This document shows positions 1 through 12,370 of a stretch of 64,000 nt of DNA, one piece after another (the stretch's first letter is position 1; every line of letters begins with the position of its first letter). A program made the position numbers and the translations under genes. The DNA is from Vallitaleaceae bacterium (GTDB lineage Bacteria; Bacillota; Clostridia; Lachnospirales; Vallitaleaceae), in contig OY782500.1 in NCBI GenBank assembly GCA_963677885.1, positions 5,098,136-5,162,135 on the forward strand, read 5' to 3'. The notes beneath the pieces are model-generated. The model saw only the letters and a list, made by a program, of their open reading frames with translations, had not been told where the DNA came from and ran no database searches.

Positions 1-369
1 GGTATTGGTAATTATGAGCTGGGTAACGGTGATGGAATAGATACAGGCGAAGGTCGGGACCAAATAGAGTCTTCAGATGGTTCTCGGTCAAGTGAAGATC
101 TTGAAGAGTCTGAGACGATTCCTCAGGAAGAAACCGATGAGGTGTCTGATGAGACAGATCAAGGGATGTTCATCTATGTTCGTGAGGAATCCATTTTAAT
201 CGGAACTGATGAACAAGCAGAAGTAACCATTGAGGAATTGGAAGTTGAACTTAAGGCGCTTGAAGAAGGAGCCTTGGTGACCATTATTGATGATGGATCT
301 GTTAAAAGAGTCTATGATGAAGTGGAAGCTTTGGTTGACAGTATGGACCTTAGGAAGGTTGAAGAATAG
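1..369 (+). CDS. 3' end of an acidic hypothetical protein (reading frame open from base 1; stop at 367-369)
   Basis: Frame 1 is open from position 1 through the listed 142..369 ORF. The product is highly acidic (D/E-rich) with no recognisable domain. Confidence 0.4.
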   Translation, partial: GIGNYELGNGDGIDTGEGRDQIESSDGSRSSEDLEESETIPQEETDEVSDETDQGMFIYVREESILIGTDEQAEVTIEELEVELKALEEGALVTIIDDGSVKRVYDEVEALVDSMDLRKVEE

Positions 370-452
370 AGATATAACTATGGGTTATGGATTCCATTAA
401 AATTAATTATGATTGACCCTTGGCTGTAGTCCAAGAATAGTCAATATAAGGG

Positions 453-481
453 TTGACAAGCTATAACAAGATTGATACAAT
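453..481 (+). promoter_or_regulatory. sigma-A type promoter for the ilv leader (TTGACA, 17-nt spacer, TACAAT)
   Basis: TTGACA at 453-458, 17-nt spacer, TACAAT at 476-481. It lies directly upstream of the T-box leader. Confidence 0.5.
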
Positions 482-487
482 GTATTC

Positions 488-780
488 AAATTTACTACTT
501 ATGTAGTTCATGATTAAGTTTATAAGACCATGATAAAGGCAGTGACGGAGACAAGTTTTTGGAATAACTGTTTGCAGAGAATCGGTGGTTGGTGAGAACC
601 GATAACAGAACCGGAAGCGTATCACTCCCAAGCTTTGATAGTGAATCGAGTAGCTAGCAACGTAGAGCCGCGTTAAGGCCAAGGGTTTGTTAGAACCTAG
701 TGAGATACCTGTATAGGTAATTAGGGTGGTACCGCGATTTATACTCGCCCCTACGATGTTGTAGGGGCGGTTTTTATATA
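488..780 (+). promoter_or_regulatory. T-box riboswitch leader of the ilv operon (amino-acid-specific tRNA-sensing antiterminator)
   Basis: Canonical T-box sequence AATTAGGGTGGTACCGCG at 718-735. It overlaps an intrinsic terminator, CGCCCCTACGATGTTGTAGGGGCG plus a T-run, at 746-776. An AGAGA motif lies upstream. The element sits between the promoter and ilvH. Confidence 0.8.
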
Positions 781-903
781 TGTTTGCCCATATTTTTTCA
801 TTAGGTAAACATATCCATTATTTTCAGACGGTTTTTCATGTATAATAATGATGAAGTCTGTAATCTGTGAACTTAGATTACACATATTAAAAGGAGGAGC
901 ATT

Positions 904-1410
904 ATGAGAAGACATGTATTATCAGTATTAGTAAGTAATCACTCTGGAGTTCTAAGTCGAGTCGCAGGTTTGTTCAGCCGTAGAGGATACAATATCGATA
1001 GCTTGTCAGTTGGCGAGACAGAAAATCCGGAAATTTCAAGAATGACCATTGTTGCAAGAGGTGACGATCTTATCATTGATCAGATTATAAAGCAACTGGA
1101 CAAATTGCATGACGTTCTCTTCATCAAGCAATTAAAAAAATCAGATACAACATTGAAAGAATTAGCACTTGTTAAAGTAACGGCTACCAACAAGACCAGA
1201 GTTGAAATTATAGGGATTATTGATATTTTCAGAGCTGAAATTGTTGATGCATCTACTGAGGCAGTTACGGTTGAGATAACTGGAGATTCCGGTGAGATTG
1301 ATACATTTGTCATGATGGTTGAGCCTTATGGTATCAAGGAAATGACAAGAACAGGTGTTATTGCGTTACAGAAAGGTAATCACGATATACAGTCGGATTT
1401 AAACCAATAA
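904..1410 (+). CDS. ilvH: acetolactate synthase small (regulatory) subunit
   Basis: 168-aa product with an N-terminal ACT domain (VLVSNHSGVLSRVAGLFSRRGYNIDSLSV). It is the first gene of the ilv cluster and has an RBS, AAGGAGGAG. Confidence 0.9.
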   Translation: MRRHVLSVLVSNHSGVLSRVAGLFSRRGYNIDSLSVGETENPEISRMTIVARGDDLIIDQIIKQLDKLHDVLFIKQLKKSDTTLKELALVKVTATNKTRVEIIGIIDIFRAEIVDASTEAVTVEITGDSGEIDTFVMMVEPYGIKEMTRTGVIALQKGNHDIQSDLNQ

Positions 1411-2448
<1,038 letters not shown>

Positions 2449-2582
2449 GCAGCTTTTGATTTCGCGGCTTAGGCCGCGAAATCATTTATAAGATATGAGG
2501 AATTCTCCTCCTATGTTATAAGTGATTTAGAATTTATAGAGAGAATATTCTTAATGGAGATTAGGAGATAAGGAGTTTGATT

Positions 2583-4175
2583 ATGGGCAAGAACATTGTA
2601 ATATACGATTCAACCTTAAGAGATGGGGCGCAGGGAGAAGGGATTTCTTTTTCTGTACTGGACAAGCTAAACATTGTAAAAGCGCTGGATGAACTCGGTA
2701 TTCCTTTCATTGAAGCCGGTAATCCTGGTTCAAATCCTAAGGACCTTGAGTTTTTTGAAGAAGTAAAGAAGATGGAACTTAAGCAGGCTAAGCTTGTAGC
2801 CTTTGGTTCTACCAGACGTAAAAATGTTAAGGCCAGTGAAGATAGACAGATTCAGTCCATTCTTCAAGCTAATACAGAATATGTTGCAATATTTGGAAAA
2901 AGTTGGGACTTCCATGTTACTGACATTATCAATACAAGCTTAGATGAAAATTTAAAGATGATTCAGGATACCATTGAGTTTATGAATGAAAATGGTAAAA
3001 AAGTCGTTTATGACGCTGAACATTTCTTTGACGGATATAAGAATAACAAAGAATATGCCTTACTTACACTGGTGACCGCTGCTCAGGCAGGCGTTGAAAG
3101 TATTGTTCTTTGTGATACTAATGGTGGTACGTCGCCATCTGAGATTGCTGCTATAACTAAGGATGTTGTCTCCAAAATAGAAGGATCCATCGGTATCCAC
3201 TGTCATAATGATATAGGAACGGCAGTTGCCAACTCTGTACTTGCTGTGGAAGCTGGTGCTGACCATGTTCAAGGAACCCTGGTAGGTTTTGGTGAACGTT
3301 GTGGTAATGCCAACCTGACACTTATTATAGGAAATCTTCAGGTAAAAGGTGATTATATCTGTATACCTGAGGACCAGATAGAGAACTTAACCGGTGCTGC
3401 AAGACTGGTTGCAGAAACTGCCAACATCGTCCTTGATCCAGGTATGGGATTCGTTGGTAAACATGCCTTTACCCATAAGGGTGGTATGCATATTGACGGG
3501 ATTAATAAGTCTACTAAAAGTTTTGAACATATAGAACCTGAATTGGTTGGTAACTCCAGACGTTTCCTGATGAGTGAAGTTGCCGGAAGAACCCTCCTTC
3601 TTAAGAAGGTTCAGAAAATTGCCCCAGAGATTGAGAAAAATTCACCGGAGACTATTGCTTTAATGGACCGACTTAAGGTCTTGGAACATGAAGGCTACCA
3701 ATTTGAAGGTGCTGAGTCTACTTTTGAACTGATTATCCGTAAGGAACTTGGTAAGTACAAGCCATTTTTTGAACTTAAGTATTTTAAGATTATGGGAGAG
3801 AAACCAAGTGTTGATGAGAACTTTTCTGCCTATGCTATGGTTAAAGTCCATGTGGAAGGTGAAGACAAGATTTGCGCCGCAGAAGGTGATGGTCCTGTCA
3901 ATGCCTTGGATATTGCCCTTAGACAAGCTGTTGAATCCTTCTATCCAAATCTTAAGAAGCTTCATTTGACCGATTATAAGGTAAGGGTTCTTGATTCCAA
4001 GGATGCATCAGCAGCCAAAGTTCGTGTTCTCATTACCTCATCCGATGGGGAGAAGACCTGGACTACCGTTGGTGTTTCTACTGACGTTATCGATGCTTCC
4101 CTTATAGCTCTTGTTGACTCCATTGAGGTTAAGTTAATCAGAGATTTGGAAGAACAGGCTAGACGATTTATGTAA
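2583..4175 (+). CDS. cimA: citramalate synthase / LeuA-family 2-isopropylmalate synthase (Geobacter CimA-like, about 530 aa)
   Basis: IYDSTLRDGAQ HMGL-like N-terminus and a C-terminal LeuA-dimer regulatory domain. Overall colinear, from memory, with Geobacter-type (R)-citramalate synthase. Start chosen at ATG 2583 (RBS AGGAG 7 nt upstream) rather than TTG 2577. Confidence 0.75.
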   Translation: MGKNIVIYDSTLRDGAQGEGISFSVLDKLNIVKALDELGIPFIEAGNPGSNPKDLEFFEEVKKMELKQAKLVAFGSTRRKNVKASEDRQIQSILQANTEYVAIFGKSWDFHVTDIINTSLDENLKMIQDTIEFMNENGKKVVYDAEHFFDGYKNNKEYALLTLVTAAQAGVESIVLCDTNGGTSPSEIAAITKDVVSKIEGSIGIHCHNDIGTAVANSVLAVEAGADHVQGTLVGFGERCGNANLTLIIGNLQVKGDYICIPEDQIENLTGAARLVAETANIVLDPGMGFVGKHAFTHKGGMHIDGINKSTKSFEHIEPELVGNSRRFLMSEVAGRTLLLKKVQKIAPEIEKNSPETIALMDRLKVLEHEGYQFEGAESTFELIIRKELGKYKPFFELKYFKIMGEKPSVDENFSAYAMVKVHVEGEDKICAAEGDGPVNALDIALRQAVESFYPNLKKLHLTDYKVRVLDSKDASAAKVRVLITSSDGEKTWTTVGVSTDVIDASLIALVDSIEVKLIRDLEEQARRFM

Positions 4176-4231
4176 GAACAGCTCCTTTGAGCATAAGAAT
4201 ATATAAGATAAAATGATGAAAGAGGTACAGT

Positions 4232-5302
4232 ATGAACTATAATTTAGCAGTCATTAAAGGCGACGGAATCGGTCCTGATATTGTAGATCAGGCTATCAAA
4301 ATACTTGATAAAGTAGGAGATAAGTACGGACATACATTTAACTATACTGATGTTTTGGCAGGTGGAGTTGCCATTGATGCAACTGGTGAGCCTTTGCCAC
4401 AAGAAACCATTGATGTTTGTAAGGCTTCTGATTCAGTCATCCTTGGTGCAGTTGGTGGATGGCAGTGGGATCACCTTCCAGGTGAAAAAAGACCCGAAAA
4501 AGCCTTGCTTGGACTTCGTGCAGCTCTTGGCTTGTATGCCAATATCCGTCCGGCTATGCTTTATAAAGAGTTAAAGGCAGCTTGTCCAATCAAAGATGAA
4601 ATTATTGGCGACGGTCTTGATATTGTTGTTGTTCGTGAACTTACAGGCGGTATTTATTTTGGTGAAAGAGGCCAGGGAACCGGCGAAAATGGTGACTTTT
4701 CTTTTGACACCATGATGTATTCAGAAAAAGAAGTTGAAAGAATAGCAAGAAATGCTTTTGAAATAGCTATGAAGAGAGGCAAGCGTCTTTGTTCAGTAGA
4801 TAAGGCCAATGTACTAGAGAATTCAAGACTTTGGAGAAAAGTAGTTCTTGAAGTGGCAAAAGACTATCCAGAGGTTGAACTTTCCCACCTTTATGTTGAT
4901 AATGCAGCTATGCAATTGGTTATTAATCCAAAGCAGTTTGATGTTATCGTAACCGGTAATATGTTTGGTGATATTCTTTCCGATGAAGCAAGTATGATTA
5001 CAGGATCAATCGGTATGTTGCCATCAGCGTCTATTGGATCTTCCAAACTTGGTATGTATGAGCCGATTCATGGTTCTGCACCTGATATTGCAGGACAAGA
5101 TAAGGCTAATCCAATAGCGACTGTTTTGTCTATGGCTATGATGCTTCGTTATTCTTTTGATCTGGAAGAAGAAGCTTTGGCTATTGAAAAAGCAGTTGAA
5201 AAGGTTCTTGAAGAAGGTTACAGAACCGGTGATATTATGAGTGACGGTTGTACACTTGTTGGTACAACAAAAATGGGCGAACTACTTTGCGAAAGAATTT
5301 AA
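4232..5302 (+). CDS. leuB: 3-isopropylmalate dehydrogenase
   Basis: 356 aa with isocitrate/isopropylmalate dehydrogenase motifs ([34 protein letters not shown]). Confidence 0.9.
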   Translation: MNYNLAVIKGDGIGPDIVDQAIKILDKVGDKYGHTFNYTDVLAGGVAIDATGEPLPQETIDVCKASDSVILGAVGGWQWDHLPGEKRPEKALLGLRAALGLYANIRPAMLYKELKAACPIKDEIIGDGLDIVVVRELTGGIYFGERGQGTGENGDFSFDTMMYSEKEVERIARNAFEIAMKRGKRLCSVDKANVLENSRLWRKVVLEVAKDYPEVELSHLYVDNAAMQLVINPKQFDVIVTGNMFGDILSDEASMITGSIGMLPSASIGSSKLGMYEPIHGSAPDIAGQDKANPIATVLSMAMMLRYSFDLEEEALAIEKAVEKVLEEGYRTGDIMSDGCTLVGTTKMGELLCERI

Positions 5303-5376
5303 CATAGGAAATTTTTAGGTATAAACGATAACGAATAATAAACCATGACGGTATAAACAAAAAAGGGAGGAAGTCA

Positions 5377-7035
5377 ATGAATAGTGACAGAATGAAAAGC
5401 GGTATTGAACGGGCACCACATCGTTCACTGCTCAAATCAATGGGATATACAAACGAAGAGATCAGAAAACCTCTCATCGGTATTGTCAATTCCCAAAATG
5501 ATATAGTACCAGGACATATACATTTAGATACAATTGTAGAAGCGGTTAAGGCCGGTGTACTCATGGAAGGCGGAACGCCTGCTGAGTTTCCTGCAATTGC
5601 TGTCTGTGACGGACTGGCTATGGGACATAAAGGTATGCACTATTCATTGGTTTCCAGAGAATTGATTGCAGATTCTATTGAGACAATGGCTTTAGCTCAT
5701 GGGTTTGATGCGCTGGTTATGGTGCCAAACTGTGACAAGGTAGTACCGGGAATGCTGATGGCTGCGGCCAGAGTGAATATTCCTACTGTTTTTGTCAGTG
5801 GTGGAGCCATGCTGTCTCTTGAACAAGACGGTAAATATCTGGATCTGAACTCAGTATTTGAGGCCGTTGGAGCTTACAAGGCTGGACTCATCAGTGAATC
5901 AGAGGTTCATGCCTGTGAAGATTCAGCCTGTCCAACCTGTGGTTCCTGTTCAGGTATGTTTACGGCCAACTCCATGAACTGCTTAACCGAGGTTATTGGT
6001 ATGGGACTTCCTGGTAATGGAACTATTCCAGCGGTATTTGCAGAACGTGTAAGACTGGCCAAGTTAGCCGGTATGCAGGTGATGGAGATGCTTGAAAAGA
6101 ATATCTGTCCTAGAGATATTATGAATGAAAAGGCTTTTGAAAATGCCTTGACTGTAGATATGGCACTAGGTTGTTCGACAAATACCATGCTGCATTTACC
6201 TGCCATTGCTTATGAGGCACAAGTTAAATTGGATCTCAATATGGCTAATGAAATCAGTAACAAAACGCCTAACTTATGTAAGTTGTCTCCGGCTGGTCCT
6301 CACCATGTACAAGATTTATATTTTGCCGGTGGTGTACAGGCGGTTATGAAGGAACTTGCCAAGAAAGGACTGATTCACACAGATCTTCAAACGGTTACCG
6401 GTGGTACTGTTGAAGAAAACCTTTCAAGAGCAGGCAATAAAAATCCTGAGGTTATCAGACCTATCGAAAACCCATATTCAGAAACCGGTGGTATTGCCGT
6501 ACTTTTTGGTAACATCGCACCTAACGGCTGTGTGGTTAAACGGTCCGCTGTTGCTCCTGAAATGCTTAAGCATTCAGGTCCTGCCAGAGTTTTTGACTCA
6601 GAGGATGATGCCATCAAGGCAATATACACAGGTAAAATTGTTGCAGGTGATGTAGTGGTCATCCGTTACGAAGGCCCTAAAGGTGGCCCTGGTATGCGGG
6701 AGATGCTGTCTCCAACGTCAGCCCTTGCCGGTATGGGTCTGGATAAGAAAGTTGCTCTGATTACAGACGGAAGATTTAGCGGTGCTACAAGAGGCGCAGC
6801 CATCGGCCATGTATCACCGGAAGCAGCAGAAGGTGGAAATATTGGTCTCGTTTATGAAGGCGACACCATTTCTATAGATATTATGGCAAATTCAATTGTA
6901 CTTGAAGTTGACGAGGAGATTCTTGTTAGCCGCCGTGAGACTTTTGTTCCAAAGGAACCTAAGATCAAAACCGGTTATGTAGCTAGATACGCAAAACTTG
7001 TTACTTCAGCAAGTACTGGAGCTGTACTCAAATAA
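5377..7035 (+). CDS. ilvD: dihydroxy-acid dehydratase
   Basis: 552 aa with ILVD/EDD family motifs ([31 protein letters not shown]) and cysteine ligands. RBS GGGAGG upstream. Confidence 0.95.
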   Translation: MNSDRMKSGIERAPHRSLLKSMGYTNEEIRKPLIGIVNSQNDIVPGHIHLDTIVEAVKAGVLMEGGTPAEFPAIAVCDGLAMGHKGMHYSLVSRELIADSIETMALAHGFDALVMVPNCDKVVPGMLMAAARVNIPTVFVSGGAMLSLEQDGKYLDLNSVFEAVGAYKAGLISESEVHACEDSACPTCGSCSGMFTANSMNCLTEVIGMGLPGNGTIPAVFAERVRLAKLAGMQVMEMLEKNICPRDIMNEKAFENALTVDMALGCSTNTMLHLPAIAYEAQVKLDLNMANEISNKTPNLCKLSPAGPHHVQDLYFAGGVQAVMKELAKKGLIHTDLQTVTGGTVEENLSRAGNKNPEVIRPIENPYSETGGIAVLFGNIAPNGCVVKRSAVAPEMLKHSGPARVFDSEDDAIKAIYTGKIVAGDVVVIRYEGPKGGPGMREMLSPTSALAGMGLDKKVALITDGRFSGATRGAAIGHVSPEAAEGGNIGLVYEGDTISIDIMANSIVLEVDEEILVSRRETFVPKEPKIKTGYVARYAKLVTSASTGAVLK

Positions 7036-7061
7036 GGAAAGCTTTTGAAGGAGGCAATAGA

Positions 7062-8717
7062 ATGCAATTAAACGGTTCTCAAATTTTACTTGAATGTTTG
7101 AAAGAGCAAGGTGTAGATACTTTATTCGGTTTCCCTGGTGGAGCTGTTCTCTACATCTATGATGAATTATATAAGCAATTGGATCACTTTAACCATGTCC
7201 TGACTTCTCATGAGCAAGGAGCTGCCCATGCGGCTGATGGTTACTCGAGATCAACAGGAAAAGTCGGTGTCTGTATTGCGACATCAGGGCCCGGAGCTAC
7301 CAACCTGGTTACAGGCTTAGCCACAGCCTTTATGGATTCTATTCCGATGGTTGCGATTACCGGTAACGTTGGTGTACCTTTACTTGGAAAAGATTCCTTC
7401 CAGGAAGTGGATATCGCCGGTGTAACAGCTCCTGTTACCAAGCACAATTATATCGTAAAAGATGTCAATGAGTTGGCAGATGTTGTTAGGGAAGCCTTTT
7501 TTATCGCTCAAGACGGACGTCCTGGTCCGGTTCTTATAGACATCCCAAAAGATGTCTCTATAAAAATGGCAGAATATACCAAGCAGGAACCAAAAGAAAT
7601 CAGAAGACATATCAAGCATATTCTTGAATCCGATCTGGTTAAAGCTGCTCACATGATATCAGAAGCCAAAAGACCATATATTTTTGCCGGTGGTGGAGTA
7701 GTCCTTTCCGGTGCCAAAGATGAAATGGTTGAATTTGCTGAAAGAGCAGCAGCCCCTGTGACTTGTTCCTTGATGGCCATGGGAGGATTTCCCGGTCAAC
7801 ATAAGTTGTACACAGGTATGATTGGTATGCATGGAACCAAGGCTTCCAACATCGGAGTTCAAAAATGTGATCTTCTGATTGCGGTAGGAGCAAGATTCTC
7901 TGACCGTGTAACCGGTGATACAACTAAGTTTGCCAGAGGGGCAAAAGTGATTCATATTGATATTGACCCTGCTGAGATCAATAAAAACGTTAAAGTTGAC
8001 CATCACATCATTGGTGATGTAAAAGAAGTGATCAGCCGTTTAAATACCTTGTTGAAGCAACAGGATAATAAAGAGTGGCTGGCAGAAGTTGATGAGATTG
8101 CTACTAAGTATCCACTGAAGTATCCAGAAGGTTTAACCGGCCAGTACGCCATTGAGAAACTTTATGAGATTACTGAAGGCAAGGCAATTATTACCACAGA
8201 AGTCGGTCAGCATCAAATGTGGGCTGCCCAGTATTATAAATTTGCTGATCCCCGTATGTTCTTAACATCAGGTGGTCTTGGTACCATGGGTTATGGTACC
8301 GGTGCGGCACTAGGTGCTCAAGCAGGTAATCCGGGACACTTGGTTGTCAACATAGCCGGTGACGGATCCTTTAGAATGAACCTTAATGAGATGATAACCG
8401 CTGCCAGATTCAAGCTTCCGATCAAAGTCCTGGTTATTAACAATCATGTACTGGGCATGGTAAGACAATGGCAGACTATCTTCTATGATAACAGATATTC
8501 CTTTACACACTTGGATGACATTAACTACGAAAGTCTTGCAGATGCCTTCGGAGTCAGCTGCGTAGTCATCGACAAAAAAGAAGACGTAGAGTCCAAGCTA
8601 AAACAAGCCATCGAGATGGAAGGACCGGTCATCATCAACTGCATTATCGACAAAGATGAAATGGTATTTCCAATGGTTGCTCCTGGAGCACCCATCGACG
8701 ACTTAATAACAGAGTAG
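7062..8717 (+). CDS. ilvB: acetolactate synthase large (catalytic) subunit
   Basis: 551 aa with three TPP-enzyme domains (GFPGGAVLYIYD, GPGATNLVTG, GLGTMGYG). Confidence 0.9.
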   Translation: MQLNGSQILLECLKEQGVDTLFGFPGGAVLYIYDELYKQLDHFNHVLTSHEQGAAHAADGYSRSTGKVGVCIATSGPGATNLVTGLATAFMDSIPMVAITGNVGVPLLGKDSFQEVDIAGVTAPVTKHNYIVKDVNELADVVREAFFIAQDGRPGPVLIDIPKDVSIKMAEYTKQEPKEIRRHIKHILESDLVKAAHMISEAKRPYIFAGGGVVLSGAKDEMVEFAERAAAPVTCSLMAMGGFPGQHKLYTGMIGMHGTKASNIGVQKCDLLIAVGARFSDRVTGDTTKFARGAKVIHIDIDPAEINKNVKVDHHIIGDVKEVISRLNTLLKQQDNKEWLAEVDEIATKYPLKYPEGLTGQYAIEKLYEITEGKAIITTEVGQHQMWAAQYYKFADPRMFLTSGGLGTMGYGTGAALGAQAGNPGHLVVNIAGDGSFRMNLNEMITAARFKLPIKVLVINNHVLGMVRQWQTIFYDNRYSFTHLDDINYESLADAFGVSCVVIDKKEDVESKLKQAIEMEGPVIINCIIDKDEMVFPMVAPGAPIDDLITE

Positions 8718-8723
8718 TGTATT

Positions 8724-8750
8724 GCAGCCTTCGGGCTGCTTTTCTTTTTG
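8724..8750 (+). terminator. intrinsic terminator after ilvB
   Basis: GCAGCCTTCGGGCTGC hairpin followed by TTTTCTTTTT. Confidence 0.6.
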
Positions 8751-8763
8751 GGTTTTTTGGGTT

Positions 8764-8912
8764 GGGGGTCCTGGCTTGCCCGGGTCCAGGGCACTTGGCA
8801 CCCGGTCGGTGATTCCCAAATTTGGACATATCCCCATTATGGAGATATGACCATACCAAATTCGTGAGTCAAGGCCCAGATGCCAAGACCCAGGACCCAG
8901 ACAAGCCAGTCG
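8764..8912 (-). repeat. GC-rich hairpin repeat element, copy 5 (minus orientation)
   Basis: The minus strand reads GGCCTTGACTCACGAATTTGG ... CCAAATTTGGGAATCACCGACCGGGTGCC, matching the core of the other copies. Terminal arms GTCCTGGCTTGCCCGGGTCC... and ...GGACCCAGACAAGCCAGTC are mutually complementary. Local GC is far above the flanking sequence. Confidence 0.5.
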
Positions 8913-9130
8913 CAACCAGAAACTCTAAAAGAATAGAGTGAAAAGACTGCGATCCGAGACGCTAGGCTCTTCGAGCCGGCGCGACGACCCTCGTTGAGGG
9001 GAGATACGGTTATGATCTTCAAGTTGATATAAGAACTTCTGATTTATCTAATTTCCGTCGGAAGTTCCCAGCTGGCCGGTTCGGAACGAACCCACAGCGT
9101 CAACAACATATTCCATTCCTGTCTTATGGC

Positions 9131-9275
9131 GACAGGGGGCTGGTCCTTAGGACCTGGTGGTTGGGCTTTGATTCACGAATGTGGTTAGTAGACTTCCCAA
9201 TTAAACAATCTCTCAGCCACATTTGGGTATCACTCGCCCGACCAATAGGTGCCTAAGGACCGGCTCCCGTCCCTC
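9131..9275 (+). repeat. GC-rich hairpin repeat element, copy 1
   Basis: Core GGGCTTTGATTCACGAATGTGG ... CCACATTTGGGTATCACTCGCCCG. Terminal stem GGGGGCTGGTCCTTAGGACC pairs with GGTGCCTAAGGACCGGCTCCCGTCCC. Confidence 0.6.
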
Positions 9276-9379
9276 ATATCACAAGAACGGAAAAAGTTAT
9301 TGACAATGATTCTTCATTAGAATATAATTAGGTTAAGCCTAACTAATTAATTTAAGTTAGAAAAAGTAACAGGCAGGAA

Positions 9380-9832
9380 ATGTCCACAATTTTGGAGGCA
9401 AGGATGAAGGATACTGAACTTCGATTAATGGAAGCATATAAGAATTTATACAAATTGAAGTGTAATAGTGCTGACAAGTTCGATCATCAATGTGAGCTTA
9501 GTGACCTTACTTTGACTCAAATTGAATATCTGAAGATCATTGACAAACATGAATACATAACCCTTAGCGGATTAGCTGAAGCGGTTCATAATTCAAAACC
9601 TACAGTTACAGAAATGGTGAAGAAATTTACTTCTCTGGACTGTGTCTATAAAGTTAGATGTCATCAAGATGGACGTAAGTCCTATCTCAAATTAACAGAC
9701 CGAGGTTTAAAGGTTGCAAGAATGGAAGAGAATGTTTTGAAAGATTTAGTGCAAAAGATCATGACAAGACTGACAGAAGAGGAAGTAAATACCCTTATTG
9801 ACCTTTTCGAAAAACTTGGACGTGAGGAATAA
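9380..9832 (+). CDS. MarR-family transcriptional regulator
   Basis: 150 aa with a winged-HTH MarR pattern (LTLTQIEYLKIIDKHEYITLSGLAEAVHNSKPTVTEMVKKF). Confidence 0.8.
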   Translation: MSTILEARMKDTELRLMEAYKNLYKLKCNSADKFDHQCELSDLTLTQIEYLKIIDKHEYITLSGLAEAVHNSKPTVTEMVKKFTSLDCVYKVRCHQDGRKSYLKLTDRGLKVARMEENVLKDLVQKIMTRLTEEEVNTLIDLFEKLGREE

Positions 9833-9988
9833 TATATTCAAACTTCCAGCGACATAACCTCAGTTGCCAACATGGGACTTGATGCTGTGTCGCCTTTATT
9901 ATACCTAAATTGCCAAAAAGTTTTACTGGCAACATTAGGAAGATATCAGCTGCGAGGACATCCATAAGAGCCTGAAAGGAGAAATACT

Positions 9989-12358
9989 ATGAAAGATCAA
10001 GCATTACATGTTATACCGATTATAGATACCATTATTTTACCATCAACAGATACAAAGCTGTCTGTTGATGAACAGCTGGGACATGAGCTGAAAAACCAAA
10101 TAGATAATGCATCCGGATATGCCTTGGCATTTACCCTTAAAGAAGGAGTAGATAAAAAGCATGTAACAGAGGATAGTTTTTATAAAATTGGCACCTTGGT
10201 TAAACTCAACCGAATTGAACCATCCTCAAACGGATATTTAGTCTATGCCAGAGGTTATGAGCGGGTTGAGGCAGAAGATATCATTATCGCCGATACCAAT
10301 ACCTATGCTACCTATCATGGAGCGCCTGAAGTCGATGACCTTCATGAAGACGGTCGGGCCCAAATGATAGCCTACATCAAAGAAATCATACATGAGATTG
10401 GTGATCACTTTAAGGGAAATGAAGACTATATGAAGCTTCTTGACAGGCAAAAAGAAATCAATAGCCTGATTGGTCATTTGCTTCCTTTCCTTCAGGCCAG
10501 TCTAGATCAAAAATACGAATTGATTCGACATGCGTCCATGAAACAAAGAGGCCTTCTTTTCATCGAGTATCTTGGTAAACAACAGGAGTCTATTGAGTTA
10601 CAGGTTGAAATGGCCAAAAAATATTCCAAGAAGAATAACCAGAACTATCGAGAAGCCATGCTTCGTGAGCAGCTGAAAGCTATCCAGCAGGAGCTAGGTC
10701 AAGATGAAGATGATCCTGGAAGTACAGAAGCCTATCGTAAACGGATTGATGAATCCTTTATGTCAGAGGAAGCAAGAAAGGCGGCAAACAGAGAGCTGAA
10801 AAAATTGGAAACTTCAGGCGGTAATAATTCTGAAGCCCATATTATTCGTAACTATTTAGATTTGATGCTGGACTTACCTTGGAGTTCAGAGATAAAGGAA
10901 GTGGATATTAATGAAGCTAAGAGAGTTCTTGATCGTCATCACTATGGTATGGATAAGGTTAAGGAAAGAATTATACAACATCTAGCCGTCATGAAAATGA
11001 AAAAGAACAAGCAGGGGTCTATCCTTCTTCTTGTTGGCCCTCCGGGAACAGGCAAAACATCCTTAGGGAAAAGTATTGCTGAAGCCCTGGGACGTGAATA
11101 TATCCGAGCCAGCCTTGGAGGTGTCCGTGATGAAGCTGAGATTAGGGGACACAGAAGAACCTATATTGGAGCCCTTCCTGGTAGGATTATTCAAGGCATG
11201 AAAAAAGCGGGAACCAACAACCCTGTTTTTGTCCTTGATGAGATAGATAAACTTTCTATGAGTCACAACGGAGATCCGGCAAGTGCCCTTCTTGAAGTCC
11301 TTGACCCGGAACAAAACAATACTTTTGCAGATCATTACCTGGAAGTTCCTTATGACTTATCGGATGTTTTGTTTGTGGCAACAGCCAACTCCATGAACTC
11401 CATTCCACAGCCCCTCCTTGACCGTTTGGAAGTTATTCAGATATCCTCTTATACAAATCTCGAGAAGCTCAATATTGCCAGGGAACACTTGGTGAAAAAT
11501 TCTATGAAAGACCACGGTCTTGAAGGAGATGAAATTGTATTTGAAGATGAGGCGATCTCTGGTATAATTGACAGATATACAAGAGAAGCCGGAGTCAGAG
11601 GCTTACGCAAACAAATCGATAAAGTGGTTCGGTCAGTCATTGAAAAGATTGTTACCGATGAGGTTAAAGGGCTTTTCACGGTGACTGATGACAACCTTCA
11701 TGATCTGCTTGGAAACAGAATGGCTAGACACAATGAAATCCGTGAATCAGCTTCTCCGGGAGTTGTTACAGGTCTTGCCTGGACACCGGTTGGTGGAGAT
11801 ATTCTTTTCATAGAAGGAACCTTTATGGCCGGATCCGGCAACATGATGTTGACTGGTCAGTTAGGGGATGTTATGAAGGAATCTGCAAGGATTTCCATGA
11901 GCTTGGTGAAATCCCGTCTGTCCGACCAATTGAAAGTTATCGATTTTGGTAAAAATGATATTCATATACATGTTCCTAGTGGAGCGACGCCAAAAGACGG
12001 TCCATCTGCAGGTATTACCATGCTAACCGCCATGGCCTCCCTGGCAACTGGTAAAAAGGTTAAAACTGACCTTGCTATGACTGGTGAAGTAACTCTCAGT
12101 GGTCACGTCTTACCGGTAGGTGGTATCAAGGAAAAAGTCTTGGCAGCCCACCGTGCAGGAATTAAAGAAATCATTATGCCAAAAGAGAATGAAAAAGACA
12201 TTCAGGATGTACCTGAAGATGCAAGGAATGCCATCAACTTCCATTTTGTAGAGCAGATTGAGGAGGTTTTGGAACTTGCCTTGGACATTCATATCAAGAC
12301 TCCGGAAGAACTCTTTATCATTTCAGGACCTGAAAAAAATATTGGCTTCAAGATGTAA
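9989..12358 (+). CDS. lon: ATP-dependent Lon protease (endopeptidase La)
   Basis: 789 aa with LON N-domain, AAA+ Walker A (GPPGTGKTS) and the S16 catalytic Ser motif (DGPSAGITM). Confidence 0.95.
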   Translation: MKDQALHVIPIIDTIILPSTDTKLSVDEQLGHELKNQIDNASGYALAFTLKEGVDKKHVTEDSFYKIGTLVKLNRIEPSSNGYLVYARGYERVEAEDIIIADTNTYATYHGAPEVDDLHEDGRAQMIAYIKEIIHEIGDHFKGNEDYMKLLDRQKEINSLIGHLLPFLQASLDQKYELIRHASMKQRGLLFIEYLGKQQESIELQVEMAKKYSKKNNQNYREAMLREQLKAIQQELGQDEDDPGSTEAYRKRIDESFMSEEARKAANRELKKLETSGGNNSEAHIIRNYLDLMLDLPWSSEIKEVDINEAKRVLDRHHYGMDKVKERIIQHLAVMKMKKNKQGSILLLVGPPGTGKTSLGKSIAEALGREYIRASLGGVRDEAEIRGHRRTYIGALPGRIIQGMKKAGTNNPVFVLDEIDKLSMSHNGDPASALLEVLDPEQNNTFADHYLEVPYDLSDVLFVATANSMNSIPQPLLDRLEVIQISSYTNLEKLNIAREHLVKNSMKDHGLEGDEIVFEDEAISGIIDRYTREAGVRGLRKQIDKVVRSVIEKIVTDEVKGLFTVTDDNLHDLLGNRMARHNEIRESASPGVVTGLAWTPVGGDILFIEGTFMAGSGNMMLTGQLGDVMKESARISMSLVKSRLSDQLKVIDFGKNDIHIHVPSGATPKDGPSAGITMLTAMASLATGKKVKTDLAMTGEVTLSGHVLPVGGIKEKVLAAHRAGIKEIIMPKENEKDIQDVPEDARNAINFHFVEQIEEVLELALDIHIKTPEELFIISGPEKNIGFKM

Positions 12359-12370
12359 ATGGAGGACTTA

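Noticed and set aside
8525-9022. Four overlapping minus-strand ORFs (61-89 aa) between ilvB and the MarR gene
   Set aside because: They fall entirely in the GC-rich repeat/hairpin region (copy 5 and flanks), have no RBS and have low-complexity Pro/Gly/Lys products. They are artefacts of GC-rich noncoding DNA.
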